From an uncultured bacterium (GTDB lineage: Bacteria > Auribacterota > Erginobacteria > Erginobacterales > Erginobacteraceae): a DNA stretch of 29,620 nucleotides. The notes beneath the pieces were generated by a model. That model saw only the letters and a list, made by a program, of their open reading frames with translations, was not told the origin of the DNA and ran no database searches. A program made the position numbers and the translations under genes. The stretch spans positions 1-29,620 of the forward strand of contig CAWGIE010000046.1 of NCBI GenBank assembly GCA_963822585.1, read 5' to 3'. Below are positions 7,871 through 16,704 of this stretch, one piece after another (position 1 is the stretch's first letter; each line of letters opens with the position of its first letter).

Positions 7871-8758
7871 TCAGAGCAAGGATGTACTAAAATACCTTTC
7901 CGCTCTATCCGGTAAGATAGTAGCAATATTCCCCGATATCTTCTTCGCCATCTGCCGCGCACCCCAGACGTTGGCCCCCGAGGAGACGCCGACCAGGAGC
8001 CCGAAATCCCGCCCCAGCCCCCGGGTGGTCTCGATCGCGTCCTCATCGGTGACCTCGACCACCTCGTCCACGATCGAAGGGTCGAGGACGCCGGGGACGA
8101 AGCCGTCCCCGATCCCCTGGATCTGGTGCAGCCCCGGCTCGTGGCCGAGCAGCGCTGCCACGTTCTTCGGCTCCACCGCGACCAGGATCACGTCCGGCTT
8201 ATGCTCCTTGAGAAACGTCCCCACGCCCTGGAGCGTCCCGCCGCTCCCGACCCCGGCCACGAAGCAGTCGATATCTCCCTCCATCTGGCGCCAGAGTTCG
8301 TGGGCGGTCTCGTTATAATGGCAGCGCGGGTTCTCCGGGTTCTCGAACTGCTGGGGCATGAAGACCCGCGGGTCTTCTCTCGCCATCTGCTCCGCCGCCT
8401 TCACCGCGCCCGGGATGCCGTCCTTGTCCGGCGTCAGGACCAGCTCCGCCCCCAGGGCCTGGATCAGTTTCTTCCGTTCATCGCTCATCCCGGCCGGCAT
8501 CACGATCCGGACGGTATAACCTTTCAGCCGACCGACCAGGGCCAGGCCGATCCCGGTGTTCCCGCTGCTCGGCTCGACGATGATCGAGTCGGGCTTGAGT
8601 TTCCCGTCCCGCTTCGCCCCCTCCAGCATCGCCAAAGCGACCCGGTCTTTGACCGACCCCCCGGGGTTCAGAAACTCGGCCTTGGCGTAGATGTTCTCCC
8701 CCTTGAGCCGGATCAGCGGCGTGTTCCCGATCAGGTCCAGTATATTGTCGGTAAGCAT
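7871..8758 (-). CDS. cysK: Cysteine synthase (O-acetylserine sulfhydrylase)
   Basis: IGNTPL, KAEFLNPGGSVKDR (PLP lysine), SSGNTG, GVGSGGT, HQIQGIG; ATG at 8758 preceded by GGAG. Confidence 0.93.
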   Translation of the reverse strand: MLTDNILDLIGNTPLIRLKGENIYAKAEFLNPGGSVKDRVALAMLEGAKRDGKLKPDSIIVEPSSGNTGIGLALVGRLKGYTVRIVMPAGMSDERKKLIQALGAELVLTPDKDGIPGAVKAAEQMAREDPRVFMPQQFENPENPRCHYNETAHELWRQMEGDIDCFVAGVGSGGTLQGVGTFLKEHKPDVILVAVEPKNVAALLGHEPGLHQIQGIGDGFVPGVLDPSIVDEVVEVTDEDAIETTRGLGRDFGLLVGVSSGANVWGARQMAKKISGNIATILPDRAERYFSTSLL

Positions 8759-8848
8759 GGTGGATTCTCCGGATTGATTGAGTGCCGGAAATACTACCAC
8801 CCCCCCGCCCAAAGGCAAGAATGAGCAGAAGAAGGAAGCCCAGGCAAC

Positions 8849-9002
8849 GCTCGTAGGGCAGGGCTTCAGCCCTGCCCTCGGGAATCAGCCCAAAGCTCGT
8901 AGTGCAGGGCTTCAGCCCTGCCCTCGGGAATCGGCCCAAAGCCCGTAGTGCAGGGCTTCAGCCCTGCCCCCCGGGAATCGGCCAAAAGCTCGTAGTGCAG
9001 GG
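8849..9002 (+). repeat. Tandem array of GTAG-REP units (46-47 bp period); fourth unit truncated by the MITE
   Basis: GTAG at 8853, 8899, 8945, 8992; unit CGTAGTGCAGGGCTTCAGCCCTGCCCTCGGGAATCGGCCCAAAGCT. Confidence 0.9.
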
Positions 9003-9007
9003 TTAAA

Positions 9008-9156
9008 GAAGCTGTCCGATAAACCTGATTTTGGTAGCCGCAGGTTTTAACCTGCGTTTATGAAAATATAACCTATTTGATGGTTAAATTATTACGCACC
9101 TTAAAAGGTGCGACTACCGCAATAAATCAACAAAATCAGATTTATCGGACAGCTTC
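9008..9156. mobile_element. Second copy of the REP-containing MITE
   Basis: GAAGCTGTCCGATAAACCTGATTTTG...CAAAATCAGATTTATCGGACAGCTTC; same internal REP pair as 48-195. Confidence 0.8.
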
Positions 9157-9411
9157 TTCAGGTCGCCCATCCGCCCCCGATCCATTAGACAAAGTAACCC
9201 TTTATGCCGCCAATCAGCACCCAAAAATTGCCGATTTATCCCCGACACAAAACCCGGCAATAAGGAGTAACCTAAAAGGAATTCACCGGGGAGCCCACGT
9301 TAATTGTCAAGAAATAGTCCTGCGGCAGGACTTTTGTTATTGTCAGGCATATATGGTCTCTTCATCGCTCCTCCACCCAACAAGGAGTGAGGAGAGCCGT
9401 CGTGACTGATC

Positions 9412-9531
9412 CCCCCTCCCTTGATGGGAGGTGGCAGACATGAGCCAAAAAACCCCCTCCCTTGATGGGAGGTGGCAGCCATGAGCCAAAAAACCCCCTC
9501 CCTTGATGGGAGGGGGCAGGGGGAGGGGGTG
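9412..9531 (+). repeat. Three tandem CCCCTCCCTTGATGGGAGG hairpins (41-bp period)
   Basis: Direct repeats read from the sequence. Confidence 0.85.
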
Positions 9532-9762
9532 GGGAGTAAATGGGTGACAGCGCTTATCATTGAATGGATTATTTCTCTTGCCCATCAGGCAAGATATATT
9601 TATACTCATATCCGCTTCGCTTCGTTGTTTGTGCCATTTCAAGCGGATAAGAATTAATCCGTTGTTCAAAGGTCCATCCCGGCCGCCGTACTAGATAAAA
9701 TACTTTACAATAGTGTTCAACAAATCAATCTTCAAAACTCAGCACCTCAGACGTATATTTTC

Positions 9763-9854
9763 GCCACTAAGACACCAAGACACTAAGGAGAATTAAAAAA
9801 GGTGAATATGTATCCTTTTCCCTCTTTTCTTGGTGCCTTTGTGCCTTGGTGGTT
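9763..9854. repeat. 9-nt-periodic palindromic repeat
   Basis: GCCACTAAGACACCAAGACACTAAG...CTTGGTGCCTTTGTGCCTTGGTGGTT. Confidence 0.75.
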
Positions 9855-9881
9855 AAGATTTATTAAAAAGGAGAAAAAGCC

Positions 9882-10316
9882 ATGAAACGTCTGCTCCCTT
9901 TTATCCCGATCCTCTGTCTCGCCGCTTCCACCGCTCTTGCCTTCCGGCTACCGGGTGGCGTGTACCGGCTTAACGCGCTGAAAGACGCGGAGGAGAAGGC
10001 CAAGAAGACGAATAAGCCGATCACTTTTGTCTATACTGACGAAGATACAACCTGCCCTTATTGCGAAGAGGCCAGTCTGGATGCGATGAAGAGCCTGAAG
10101 CTCAGGACCGTGGTTGTGTATGTCCATGCCAACAAAGAGTGGGATTTACTTCCCCCCGTCGTCAAGGACGCTGTTAATTCACCGGAAGCGGGTAAATATA
10201 TCCCGATAACGGTGATCGTCGATGCGGACATGAAGAAAGTGAACGCCATCGTTCCCTATGCCCGGGAAAAACGGACCCGCTCAAAACTATTCCGCGAAGC
10301 AATGAAAAAATTCTAA
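9882..10316 (+). CDS. Exported thioredoxin-like protein
   Basis: RBS AAGGAG; signal peptide; AEEKAKKTNKPITFVY..TCPYC; YIP cis-Pro-like motif. Confidence 0.75.
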   Translation: MKRLLPFIPILCLAASTALAFRLPGGVYRLNALKDAEEKAKKTNKPITFVYTDEDTTCPYCEEASLDAMKSLKLRTVVVYVHANKEWDLLPPVVKDAVNSPEAGKYIPITVIVDADMKKVNAIVPYAREKRTRSKLFREAMKKF

Positions 10317-10333
10317 AGCCGGTAACGCAGAAT

Positions 10334-10467
10334 TTAGGTTTGGCCCCTTTCACCACTAAGAAACAAAGGCACCAAGGATAAGAAAAAGGTCATAATAAGT
10401 GTATAATCTCTTCCCGATATTATTTTTCGTGTTCTTAGTGTCTTAGTGTCTTTGTGTCTTTGTGGTT
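10334..10467. repeat. 9-nt-periodic palindrome with an adjacent minus-strand AAAGGGGCC-type site
   Basis: TTAGGTTTGGCCCCTTT then CACCACTAAGAAACAAAGGCACCAAG...CTTAGTGTCTTTGTGTCTTTGTGGTT. Confidence 0.7.
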
Positions 10468-10498
10468 ATAATTTTTGGTTTAAACAAGGAGAAACGGA

Positions 10499-10816
10499 AT
10501 GAGTGATCAATCCCCCTGGTATCTGAAGAAATCCCCCCTGGGCGCCGCCTACGCCCATTTTTCCAATGCCGCCAAAGGCGAAACCGTTTTAGACCGGAAA
10601 ACGAAAGAATTGATCCGCTTGAGTGTCGCCTCGGTATTCAGGTGCAGCCATTGCACGGAGCACCATATCAAAGACGCCCTCGCTGCCGGCGCGACGAAAG
10701 AAGAAATCGCGGAGGCCCTACTTCTCGCCTCCCTGCAGTCAGCCGGCACCCAGCTCAACTGGAACAAGGAATTGTTTGAAAAATACCTTCAAGATACAAG
10801 CCTGGAACAGACTTGA
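10499..10816 (+). CDS. Carboxymuconolactone decarboxylase / AhpD-like protein
   Basis: LDRKTKELIRLSVA..RCSHCTEHHIKDALAAGATKEEIAEAL. Confidence 0.88.
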   Translation: MSDQSPWYLKKSPLGAAYAHFSNAAKGETVLDRKTKELIRLSVASVFRCSHCTEHHIKDALAAGATKEEIAEALLLASLQSAGTQLNWNKELFEKYLQDTSLEQT

Positions 10817-10920
10817 TCCCCAGTCTGTATGCCAGTGGTAGCCGCCCCGTATTATGCGGGGCGCAATATTGTCGCCGCAGTTACCTGAATTTGATGCGAA
10901 GCCCTAACTTGAATCCTAAA

Positions 10921-10952
10921 AATATGAGCCAAGAGTAGACTTGACCCCTTTT
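10921..10952 (+). repeat. 32-bp direct repeat, left boundary of NTase module 1
   Basis: AATATGAGCCAAGAGTAGACTTGACCCCTTTT identical to 12934-12965. Confidence 0.9.
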
Positions 10953-11246
10953 GCCCCGACCCGTAGCGGATCTGTAGGGGGGTGGTAAAAAAAAAGGCTG
11001 TGGCGAGGGAAACTTTTGTGTCTCTTGCACCTTTTTGCGGCTAATAAAAGGGACCGGGTAAGTTGCGCAACTTAGGGTGTAAAGGTTCCATGACTCCTGA
11101 ACGCCTAAATGGAAAGTGGTGAATCATTCACCACTATGGCGGAATGCCATAAGAAGCAATAACTTACAACCACCCCGCGCCCAAAATCGTCAAAAACTCG
11201 TGGACAACTGAATTCCGGATTCAAATAAAGATAAAAAAAGTGGAGC

Positions 11247-11291
11247 TTGACAAACAGTAATATGTATATATAATGTAGTCATAATGGCTAC
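11247..11291 (+). promoter_or_regulatory. Sigma70-type promoter (TTGACA-N16-TATAAT), probably leaderless, with an inverted repeat over the start codon
   Basis: TTGACA at 11247, TATAAT at 11269, ATG at 11284; GTAGTCAT-A-ATGGCTAC. Confidence 0.65.
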
Positions 11292-11904
11292 TACAAATAC
11301 TATTGTGAATAAGCAGCTTGACAGTAAAACTCTGAATAAGGCGCTGGAATTACTCGCCGCTCGAATGGAAGAGAATGCAGCGAATCCCATCGAGTGCGTC
11401 GTTTGTGGCGGCTCGGCCCTGCTTCTCTTAGCTTTCGTCAGTCGACCGACAAAGGACGTGGATATTGTGGCCCTGGTCCGGGATCATGTCTTATATTCGC
11501 CCGATCCCTTACCGGATGACCTTCAAACGGCGGCTGCCGAGGTGGCTGAAGATCTTGGTCTTGCCGATAATTGGTTAAACAATGCGCCGAGTCGGGGGGA
11601 GGGGGGCTTGTTTCAGATGGGGCTTCCGGAGGGATTTTCGGAACGTCTGCATTCCAAAACGTACGGCTCTCATCTAGTTGTGCATTTTATCAGCCGCCTG
11701 GATCAGATACATTTCAAACTGTACGCTGTGGTGGACCGCGGCGGCTATCATGTAGAAGACCTGCGTGCTCTCAATCCGACACCGAATGAATTGGAAACAG
11801 CTGCCAGATGGTCGATGACCCATGATGTTTCAATAGAATATGCCCTCATACTCAAGGATTTTCTGAGGAAGTTTGGCTATGACAACGTTGCTGACCGACT
11901 TTAA
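11284..11904 (+). CDS. Nucleotidyltransferase-fold protein (DUF6036-like), putative toxin
   Basis: VVCGGSALLL...RPTKDVD (GG..R.T.D.D motif); DNWLNN; HFKLYA. Confidence 0.8.
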   Translation: MATTNTIVNKQLDSKTLNKALELLAARMEENAANPIECVVCGGSALLLLAFVSRPTKDVDIVALVRDHVLYSPDPLPDDLQTAAAEVAEDLGLADNWLNNAPSRGEGGLFQMGLPEGFSERLHSKTYGSHLVVHFISRLDQIHFKLYAVVDRGGYHVEDLRALNPTPNELETAARWSMTHDVSIEYALILKDFLRKFGYDNVADRL

Positions 11905-12925
11905 AAATGAGTACCGGGACCGCCTGCTGGATATTCTCTGGCGGCAGTGGACGACTCTCGGCGTCTCCGGATACGGCGAAACCTGGAAAGGATCCGTCAT
12001 CGATCCGGAGGCGTTGTTGTTGTTCTCCTGCACGATCCTTCGCTCCGACGCGAGGTTATTCGACGCGGTATTGGAATGGCTTGGTATCAACGGCCGGTTT
12101 ATCAACGTGCAAAGAATCAAGCGGATGCTGAAGACGGAGAACTTTGCTGGGGGAACAGTGGTCAGTGCTCTGGCGGCGGCGATTAAAAATTCCGTCCATG
12201 AGGCCAAATGGGCGCGTCTGGCGAATAATAATGCGGCAGAAGAAAAAAAACCGGAGCCGCTCTTTTTTCTCAAGGACGGTCGGCCGATCCCGGTAGTGCG
12301 GGAAGAGGACCCTCTTTTTTTAAGATACGGGTTTTCCCGTGTACCTTTCGAAGAACGCGGCGTGGCGTTACAATTTCGACCCGAACCGCCGAGCAATCTC
12401 CTCCTCCGTCTCCGTGCTTTGCTCGGCGTAAACGCCCGCTGTGAAATCCTCGCCTATCTCCTGCTGAACCACAATGGGTCGCCCCGGGCCATGGCCAGAG
12501 ATTGCTATTATTTTCCCGCTACCGTCAGTAAGGCGTTGGCCGAGATGAGTCAATCGGGTTATGTAATATCGCAGACTGAAGGGCGCCACCGGTACTATAA
12601 GCTGATACCGGACAAATGGCGGGATTTACTGCTGAGAAATACAGAATCACTTTCATGGGTGGTCTGGGCCCGCGTGTTCAGCGCATTGGAGCAGGTCTGG
12701 TTGTTTCTGAACCGGGAAGATCTGGCTGAAAAGTCGCCCCTTGTTCAGTCCTCGGTTCTTCGCAGCCTTCTGACAGATTCGGTGATCTCTCAATTGAATC
12801 GATCCGGATTCTCCTTCATGTTCGGCGACGTTTCGGCCCATCTTGGCGAGGAGTTGATACCCTTTTTTATCGAGCGGATGGGAACGGTTCTGGACAAGAT
12901 GGAGCAAATCGGTGATGGAGACTAA
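11873..12925 (+). CDS. Hypothetical protein with an internal winged helix-turn-helix, putative antitoxin/regulator
   Basis: Overlaps the NTase gene; LRLRALLGVNARCEILAYLL...PRAMARDC...TVSKALAEMSQSGYV resembles a wHTH. Confidence 0.7.
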   Translation: MAMTTLLTDFKNEYRDRLLDILWRQWTTLGVSGYGETWKGSVIDPEALLLFSCTILRSDARLFDAVLEWLGINGRFINVQRIKRMLKTENFAGGTVVSALAAAIKNSVHEAKWARLANNNAAEEKKPEPLFFLKDGRPIPVVREEDPLFLRYGFSRVPFEERGVALQFRPEPPSNLLLRLRALLGVNARCEILAYLLLNHNGSPRAMARDCYYFPATVSKALAEMSQSGYVISQTEGRHRYYKLIPDKWRDLLLRNTESLSWVVWARVFSALEQVWLFLNREDLAEKSPLVQSSVLRSLLTDSVISQLNRSGFSFMFGDVSAHLGEELIPFFIERMGTVLDKMEQIGDGD

Positions 12926-12933
12926 CTTATCAT

Positions 12934-12980
12934 AATATGAGCCAAGAGTAGACTTGACCCCTTTTTCTTGACCCCTTTTT
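12934..12980 (+). repeat. 32-bp direct repeat, right boundary of module 1, plus a partial tandem copy CTTGACCCCTTTTT
   Basis: Matches 10921-10952. Confidence 0.9.
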
Positions 12981-13102
12981 CTTAAATCGCTTGATGATCC
13001 ACGGTCTCGGATCCCAAGGCGATTAATTGAAGCAGTTAGAGAGCATAGAGAAGAATTAATCGAATGGTGGGATAAATTTCAACCACCAAGGCGGGATAGA
13101 CA

Positions 13103-13972
13103 ATGAAGCAAACGGTTGCCATCATTTCAGAAAACGACTCCCTGGTAAACCGGATAAAGCGGTACTGGCCCGGCGAGACCCGGAGGATTTCGAATTGGAG
13201 CGATTTCGAAACCTTCATTCACAAATATTCTGATCAGCAAACCAGGATCGCGTGTCTTCTGGACCTTACAGTCCGGCCCTTGACTACTTTCATCGGCGCT
13301 ATATGTGAGGCTCAGGAAGTTCTGTCGTTGTTTATATCTGTCTTCATCTGGTCGACCATGGATGACATTAAAAAATTGGAACATGCTGAACAACTCAGTC
13401 TTCCAATCGATCGTCTTGTGGAGAAGCCGAAGACAAAGAAGGAATTCGAGGAATTTATCGAATCGCTGTTGCCGTTGTTTGCCGAAGATCAGAATAAACG
13501 AATCAAAATCGTAGATTACAATCATTCCGATAATGCGATTCACGGAGCCTATCTTACTGGAGAGAAGTTCATAATCCCCGCCTCGGATATACGAAATCCC
13601 TGGCCTGAGTATAAACTGCAATTTCACAAGGTCGGCATCAGTAATGATCGCTACTGTCTCACTATTCCCGTGAATACAAAAAAGATGGTCGATCTGCCCT
13701 GGGACTACATTAGAGATCATTATTTGAAAAATAAGAACGATCGAATAGCTTCAAATAAGCAAATGATCGATACCCAAATATCCGTGGGGAAGAGAATCCA
13801 AAAATTGAGAACCGGAGAGAAACTTTCACAGGATCAATTAGCCAAAAAATCCGGATTGGCCCGGGCGACAGTCAATAGAATCGAGATAGGCAAAACCCTT
13901 CCTTCTCTGGCCACCCTTCGTAAGTTTGCGAAAGTTTTCAATCTCTCAGTGACTGAACTGCTCCCGTCATAA
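13103..13972 (+). CDS. XRE-family helix-turn-helix protein with a long N-terminal extension
   Basis: VGKRIQKLR..LSQDQLAKKSGLARATVNRIEIGKTLPSLATLRKFA; more AT-rich than core genes. Confidence 0.8.
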   Translation: MKQTVAIISENDSLVNRIKRYWPGETRRISNWSDFETFIHKYSDQQTRIACLLDLTVRPLTTFIGAICEAQEVLSLFISVFIWSTMDDIKKLEHAEQLSLPIDRLVEKPKTKKEFEEFIESLLPLFAEDQNKRIKIVDYNHSDNAIHGAYLTGEKFIIPASDIRNPWPEYKLQFHKVGISNDRYCLTIPVNTKKMVDLPWDYIRDHYLKNKNDRIASNKQMIDTQISVGKRIQKLRTGEKLSQDQLAKKSGLARATVNRIEIGKTLPSLATLRKFAKVFNLSVTELLPS

Positions 13973-14079
13973 AGAATCGATATTTGATAGATCGCCACCG
14001 CCAACCTGGTCAAAAAGAGCAACCACACGTTCAACTATACCAACACTCCAGAACGCAGGCTGAGTAAAATGGAGGTTAT

Positions 14080-14240
14080 TGTTTCTGGGGTCGGACCACA
14101 CTATGTTGTTTAATTCCAGTTGATTATGTTTCTGGGGTCGGACCACACTATGTTGTTTAATTCCAGTTGATTACGTAAAAAATATGGCCTAAATTTGGCC
14201 TTAAACGCGTTTTTTGGGCTCAAAAAACGCGTTTAAGGTC
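14080..14240 (+). repeat. GGGGTCGGACCACACT element: exact 47-bp tandem duplication followed by a long hairpin
   Basis: Copies start at 14080 and 14127; hairpin at 14197-14240; homologous to 20611-20730. Confidence 0.85.
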
Positions 14241-14320
14241 ATTATTTTCCCCGCAATTGCCGGCGGCCATTGAAAGACCGGTTAAAAAGGGGCCGAGAGG
14301 GCCGATCCGACCGGCAGAGA

Positions 14321-14971
14321 TTATCTTTTCCGACTCTCTTCCAGGGAAGGAAAGCAATTCTTCAGTGTCTTCCAAACTGTCCCGGGGTAGCACTTACTGT
14401 ACCCCCTCAACCTTTCTTGATCGAGTGCTTCAATATCGATCTCATCGAGATCTGGAGATTGCCCACGGTTCCGGTTTCTATAGATATAGATATGATCCAG
14501 CAGAGCTTTCTCCGGGCTGGCGAGACGCCGGTCCGGATGGGCACCTTCCGGCTCCAGGTTCATGATACGATCGGATTGATGATAGAATTCAACATTACCC
14601 ACTGTGGTAGGGATATGCGTATATACTCGGCCCCCCCTCTTACTCCTGGTAACACAGGTAGCGGAATAGCTTATCTGCGTGGTAACACCATGCCGGCTCA
14701 AAGCCGACAAACTGCTGATAACCGCCCCCGGGTCAAGAAAGAGGGCCGCTTCGAAAAGGTCGGGAGGATTGCCGGGAAAGTACCATCCGGTACAGCGTCC
14801 TTCCGCTACCAGGGGCCGCAGAATACCGTTGTTACTCTGACGTCGGATGAACCGGGAGAGGGATTCCCTCTTTTCTTCGGGATACACTGAGGCCAGATCG
14901 TTTATCGACCATATCTTTTTTTCTCTATGACGGTTCCCGGCTTTTATCAACTTGTATATGTCCATATTCAA
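14321..14971 (-). CDS. Type IV TA antitoxin, AbiEi-like
   Basis: N-terminal wHTH-like segment; AVISSLSALSRHG, LASPEKALLDHIY. Confidence 0.8.
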   Translation of the reverse strand: MNMDIYKLIKAGNRHREKKIWSINDLASVYPEEKRESLSRFIRRQSNNGILRPLVAEGRCTGWYFPGNPPDLFEAALFLDPGAVISSLSALSRHGVTTQISYSATCVTRSKRGGRVYTHIPTTVGNVEFYHQSDRIMNLEPEGAHPDRRLASPEKALLDHIYIYRNRNRGQSPDLDEIDIEALDQERLRGYSKCYPGTVWKTLKNCFPSLEESRKR

Positions 14972-15731
14972 GCTTCTCCATATTCCGCCCGATCCACTCG
15001 ATTGTCCTTTTAATCATGTCGGCAAAAACTCTGTCGTCCCACCCAGTGGTTTCTTCGGGCGGCATATAATTCAGAATGTCCCTTTTGATATCCGCCCTGA
15101 TAGCCGGTTCCCGCAGACGCTCTTTGAAATTCCGGAACTTTTTATCGAGGTCTACGGCCATGCCATGTCTGTCATAATCTTCCAACTGTCTGTTAACCGC
15201 GGCCGGTTCAATATCGCGATATTTCAAAAAATTTACGTCGAAAAAATCACGTCCCTTCGGGCGCCGTCTCAGCAGGAAGGCGAGAAACTTATCGTTAACC
15301 ATCTGCTGCAACGTCCGTACCCGCAGGATGGGATTACCGGGCTCTGAAAGGACGTATGTCTCCGGCTCCGGATTTGAAAAATCGTCTACCTCGATGAAGA
15401 TCTTATTCTTACTGCCGTCAGGACGCCGTTCCGACAGTATCGCCCGGGCGCAGTTGTGGGCGGTCCGGCGAACCTTTTCAACGACGAAATCCCTGCCCAG
15501 CATCTTTTTGATCAGCCGGCAGGCCCGATCGGCGCCCCTCTGTATATCCTCTAACTCACAAGAGGGCCAGGAAAAGTCCAGATCGGCACTATATCTCGGC
15601 GAGGCATAGACATGGTGCAGGACACCACCTCCCTTGAGTACGGCACCATTCCGGAAAAATCCGCTGTCTGAAAGAGCTTTCAGGATAATCGTTTGAATTT
15701 TGGAATTATCAACGGCCATCAACTTCTCCAT
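14925..15731 (-). CDS. Nucleotidyltransferase AbiEii/AbiGii toxin family
   Basis: VLKGGGVL..RYSADLDFS; DKFLAFLLRRRPKGRDFFDV. Confidence 0.88.
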   Translation of the reverse strand: MEKLMAVDNSKIQTIILKALSDSGFFRNGAVLKGGGVLHHVYASPRYSADLDFSWPSCELEDIQRGADRACRLIKKMLGRDFVVEKVRRTAHNCARAILSERRPDGSKNKIFIEVDDFSNPEPETYVLSEPGNPILRVRTLQQMVNDKFLAFLLRRRPKGRDFFDVNFLKYRDIEPAAVNRQLEDYDRHGMAVDLDKKFRNFKERLREPAIRADIKRDILNYMPPEETTGWDDRVFADMIKRTIEWIGRNMEKLEYGHIQVDKSREPS

Positions 15732-15732
15732 C

Positions 15733-15801
15733 TATATTCATAATTAGGGACAGATCTGTCCTTTTCTATGAATATAATAGCAATTGTTATCAGGATGTCA
15801 A
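15733..15801 (-). promoter_or_regulatory. Promoter (TTGACA-N16-TATTAT) overlapped by a nested palindromic operator
   Basis: TATATTCATA...GGACAGATCTGTCC...TATGAATATA directly upstream of the ATG at 15731. Confidence 0.6.
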
Positions 15802-16125
15802 GGGCTCGATAAGAAATTTTCAGGGAAGGAGAACGAGATGATAAAAGTTTCTGGGGTTGGACCTACCCAACCAATTGAATATTAAGGGAATACCTAAAAA
15901 TCCCTCCCCATACAGAGCTAAGAACCTCGATTTTCCCACCAAAATCGGCCTTCTAAGGAAACCGGGCACCGAATTAAGCCGGTTATGGTCCTTTTATCAG
16001 CGATCATTTAAAACCAGCCACAAAAGAACGATTCAAAACCAGCCATTCCGACCACCGGGAAAAGGGAGGGGGAAAGTGTGGCGATAAAGTTTCCAGCCCG
16101 AAGGTAGGCCGAAAGCGGGCTTGCC

Positions 16126-16342
16126 CTATTTGGGGAGCTTTCTGACGAGCTGCATGCCGTCGCGAACGGTGAGGAAGACGTTCTCCACCCTATCGTCTTC
16201 AGCGATGGTCCGGTTGAGGCGGTCGATGATCCGGGAAGCTTCATCCTCCAGCTTGAGGACCCGGCCGTCCATGAACATATTGTCGAAAAGGATAATCCCC
16301 CCGGCCTGGTTCGGGCCAGGACTTCCTCGTAGTATTCAGGAT
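16126..16342 (-). pseudogene. Diverged 3' fragment of the O-methyltransferase gene, with a 1-bp deletion in a C run
   Basis: Reads ..PEYYEEVLA..IILFDNMFMDGRVL..DEASRIIDRLNRTI..VENVFLTVRDGMQLVRKLPK*, matching the 3' part of 19937-20578. Confidence 0.88.
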
Positions 16343-16480
16343 CTAAAACAGCCGCAATTACCAGGCCCTCTCAATCCGCCACGCCCCCCCGCCGAAAATC
16401 CCGTCCCAGCTCAGCCCAGCCCCGCCGATCTCCCTCCCCAGCCCCCGGCATCCAGCCTCCCCGCTGCAGTAACCCCTTTT

Positions 16481-16537
16481 CACTTTCTCGCTTTTCCTCC
16501 AGAGGCGGACAGGCGCGCGAAAGCGAGAAAGTGGATT
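16481..16537. repeat. 57-bp hairpin repeat (identical copy at 19764-19820, diverged copy at 22217-22290)
   Basis: CACTTTCTCGCTTTTCCTCCAGAGGCGGACAGGCGCGCGAAAGCGAGAAAGTGGATT. Confidence 0.85.
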
Positions 16538-16540
16538 CCA

Positions 16541-16693
16541 TGCAGATTCCGAAGCAAAAAGCGGATTCCGGAGCAAAGTGGACACTCAAATCGGTTTAAA
16601 GTGGACAGTGATTCCGGGGCAAAGTGGACAGTGATTCCGGGGCAAAGTTGACACTTTTTTCATGATTTACCGGAATAGGTGTCCACTTTAATC
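16541..16693. mobile_element. IS21-family-like end remnant with multiple ~22-bp terminal repeats
   Basis: TGCAGATTCCG start; repeated ATTCCGGRGCAAAGTGGACAS; one inverted copy near 16670-16693. Confidence 0.6.
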
Positions 16694-16704
16694 TGCCTAT
16701 CGAA

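Noticed and set aside
7546..8046. 166-aa minus-strand ORF ending in DRAERYFSTSLL
   Set aside because: Mostly translated repeats in an alternate frame of cysK; only the last 12 codons are meaningful
9077..9669. Short ORFs of 61-110 aa
   Set aside because: They overlap the MITE and tandem hairpin repeats and show no protein-like features
16121..16651. Pro-rich 176-aa ORF
   Set aside because: Spans the pseudogene antisense strand and repeats
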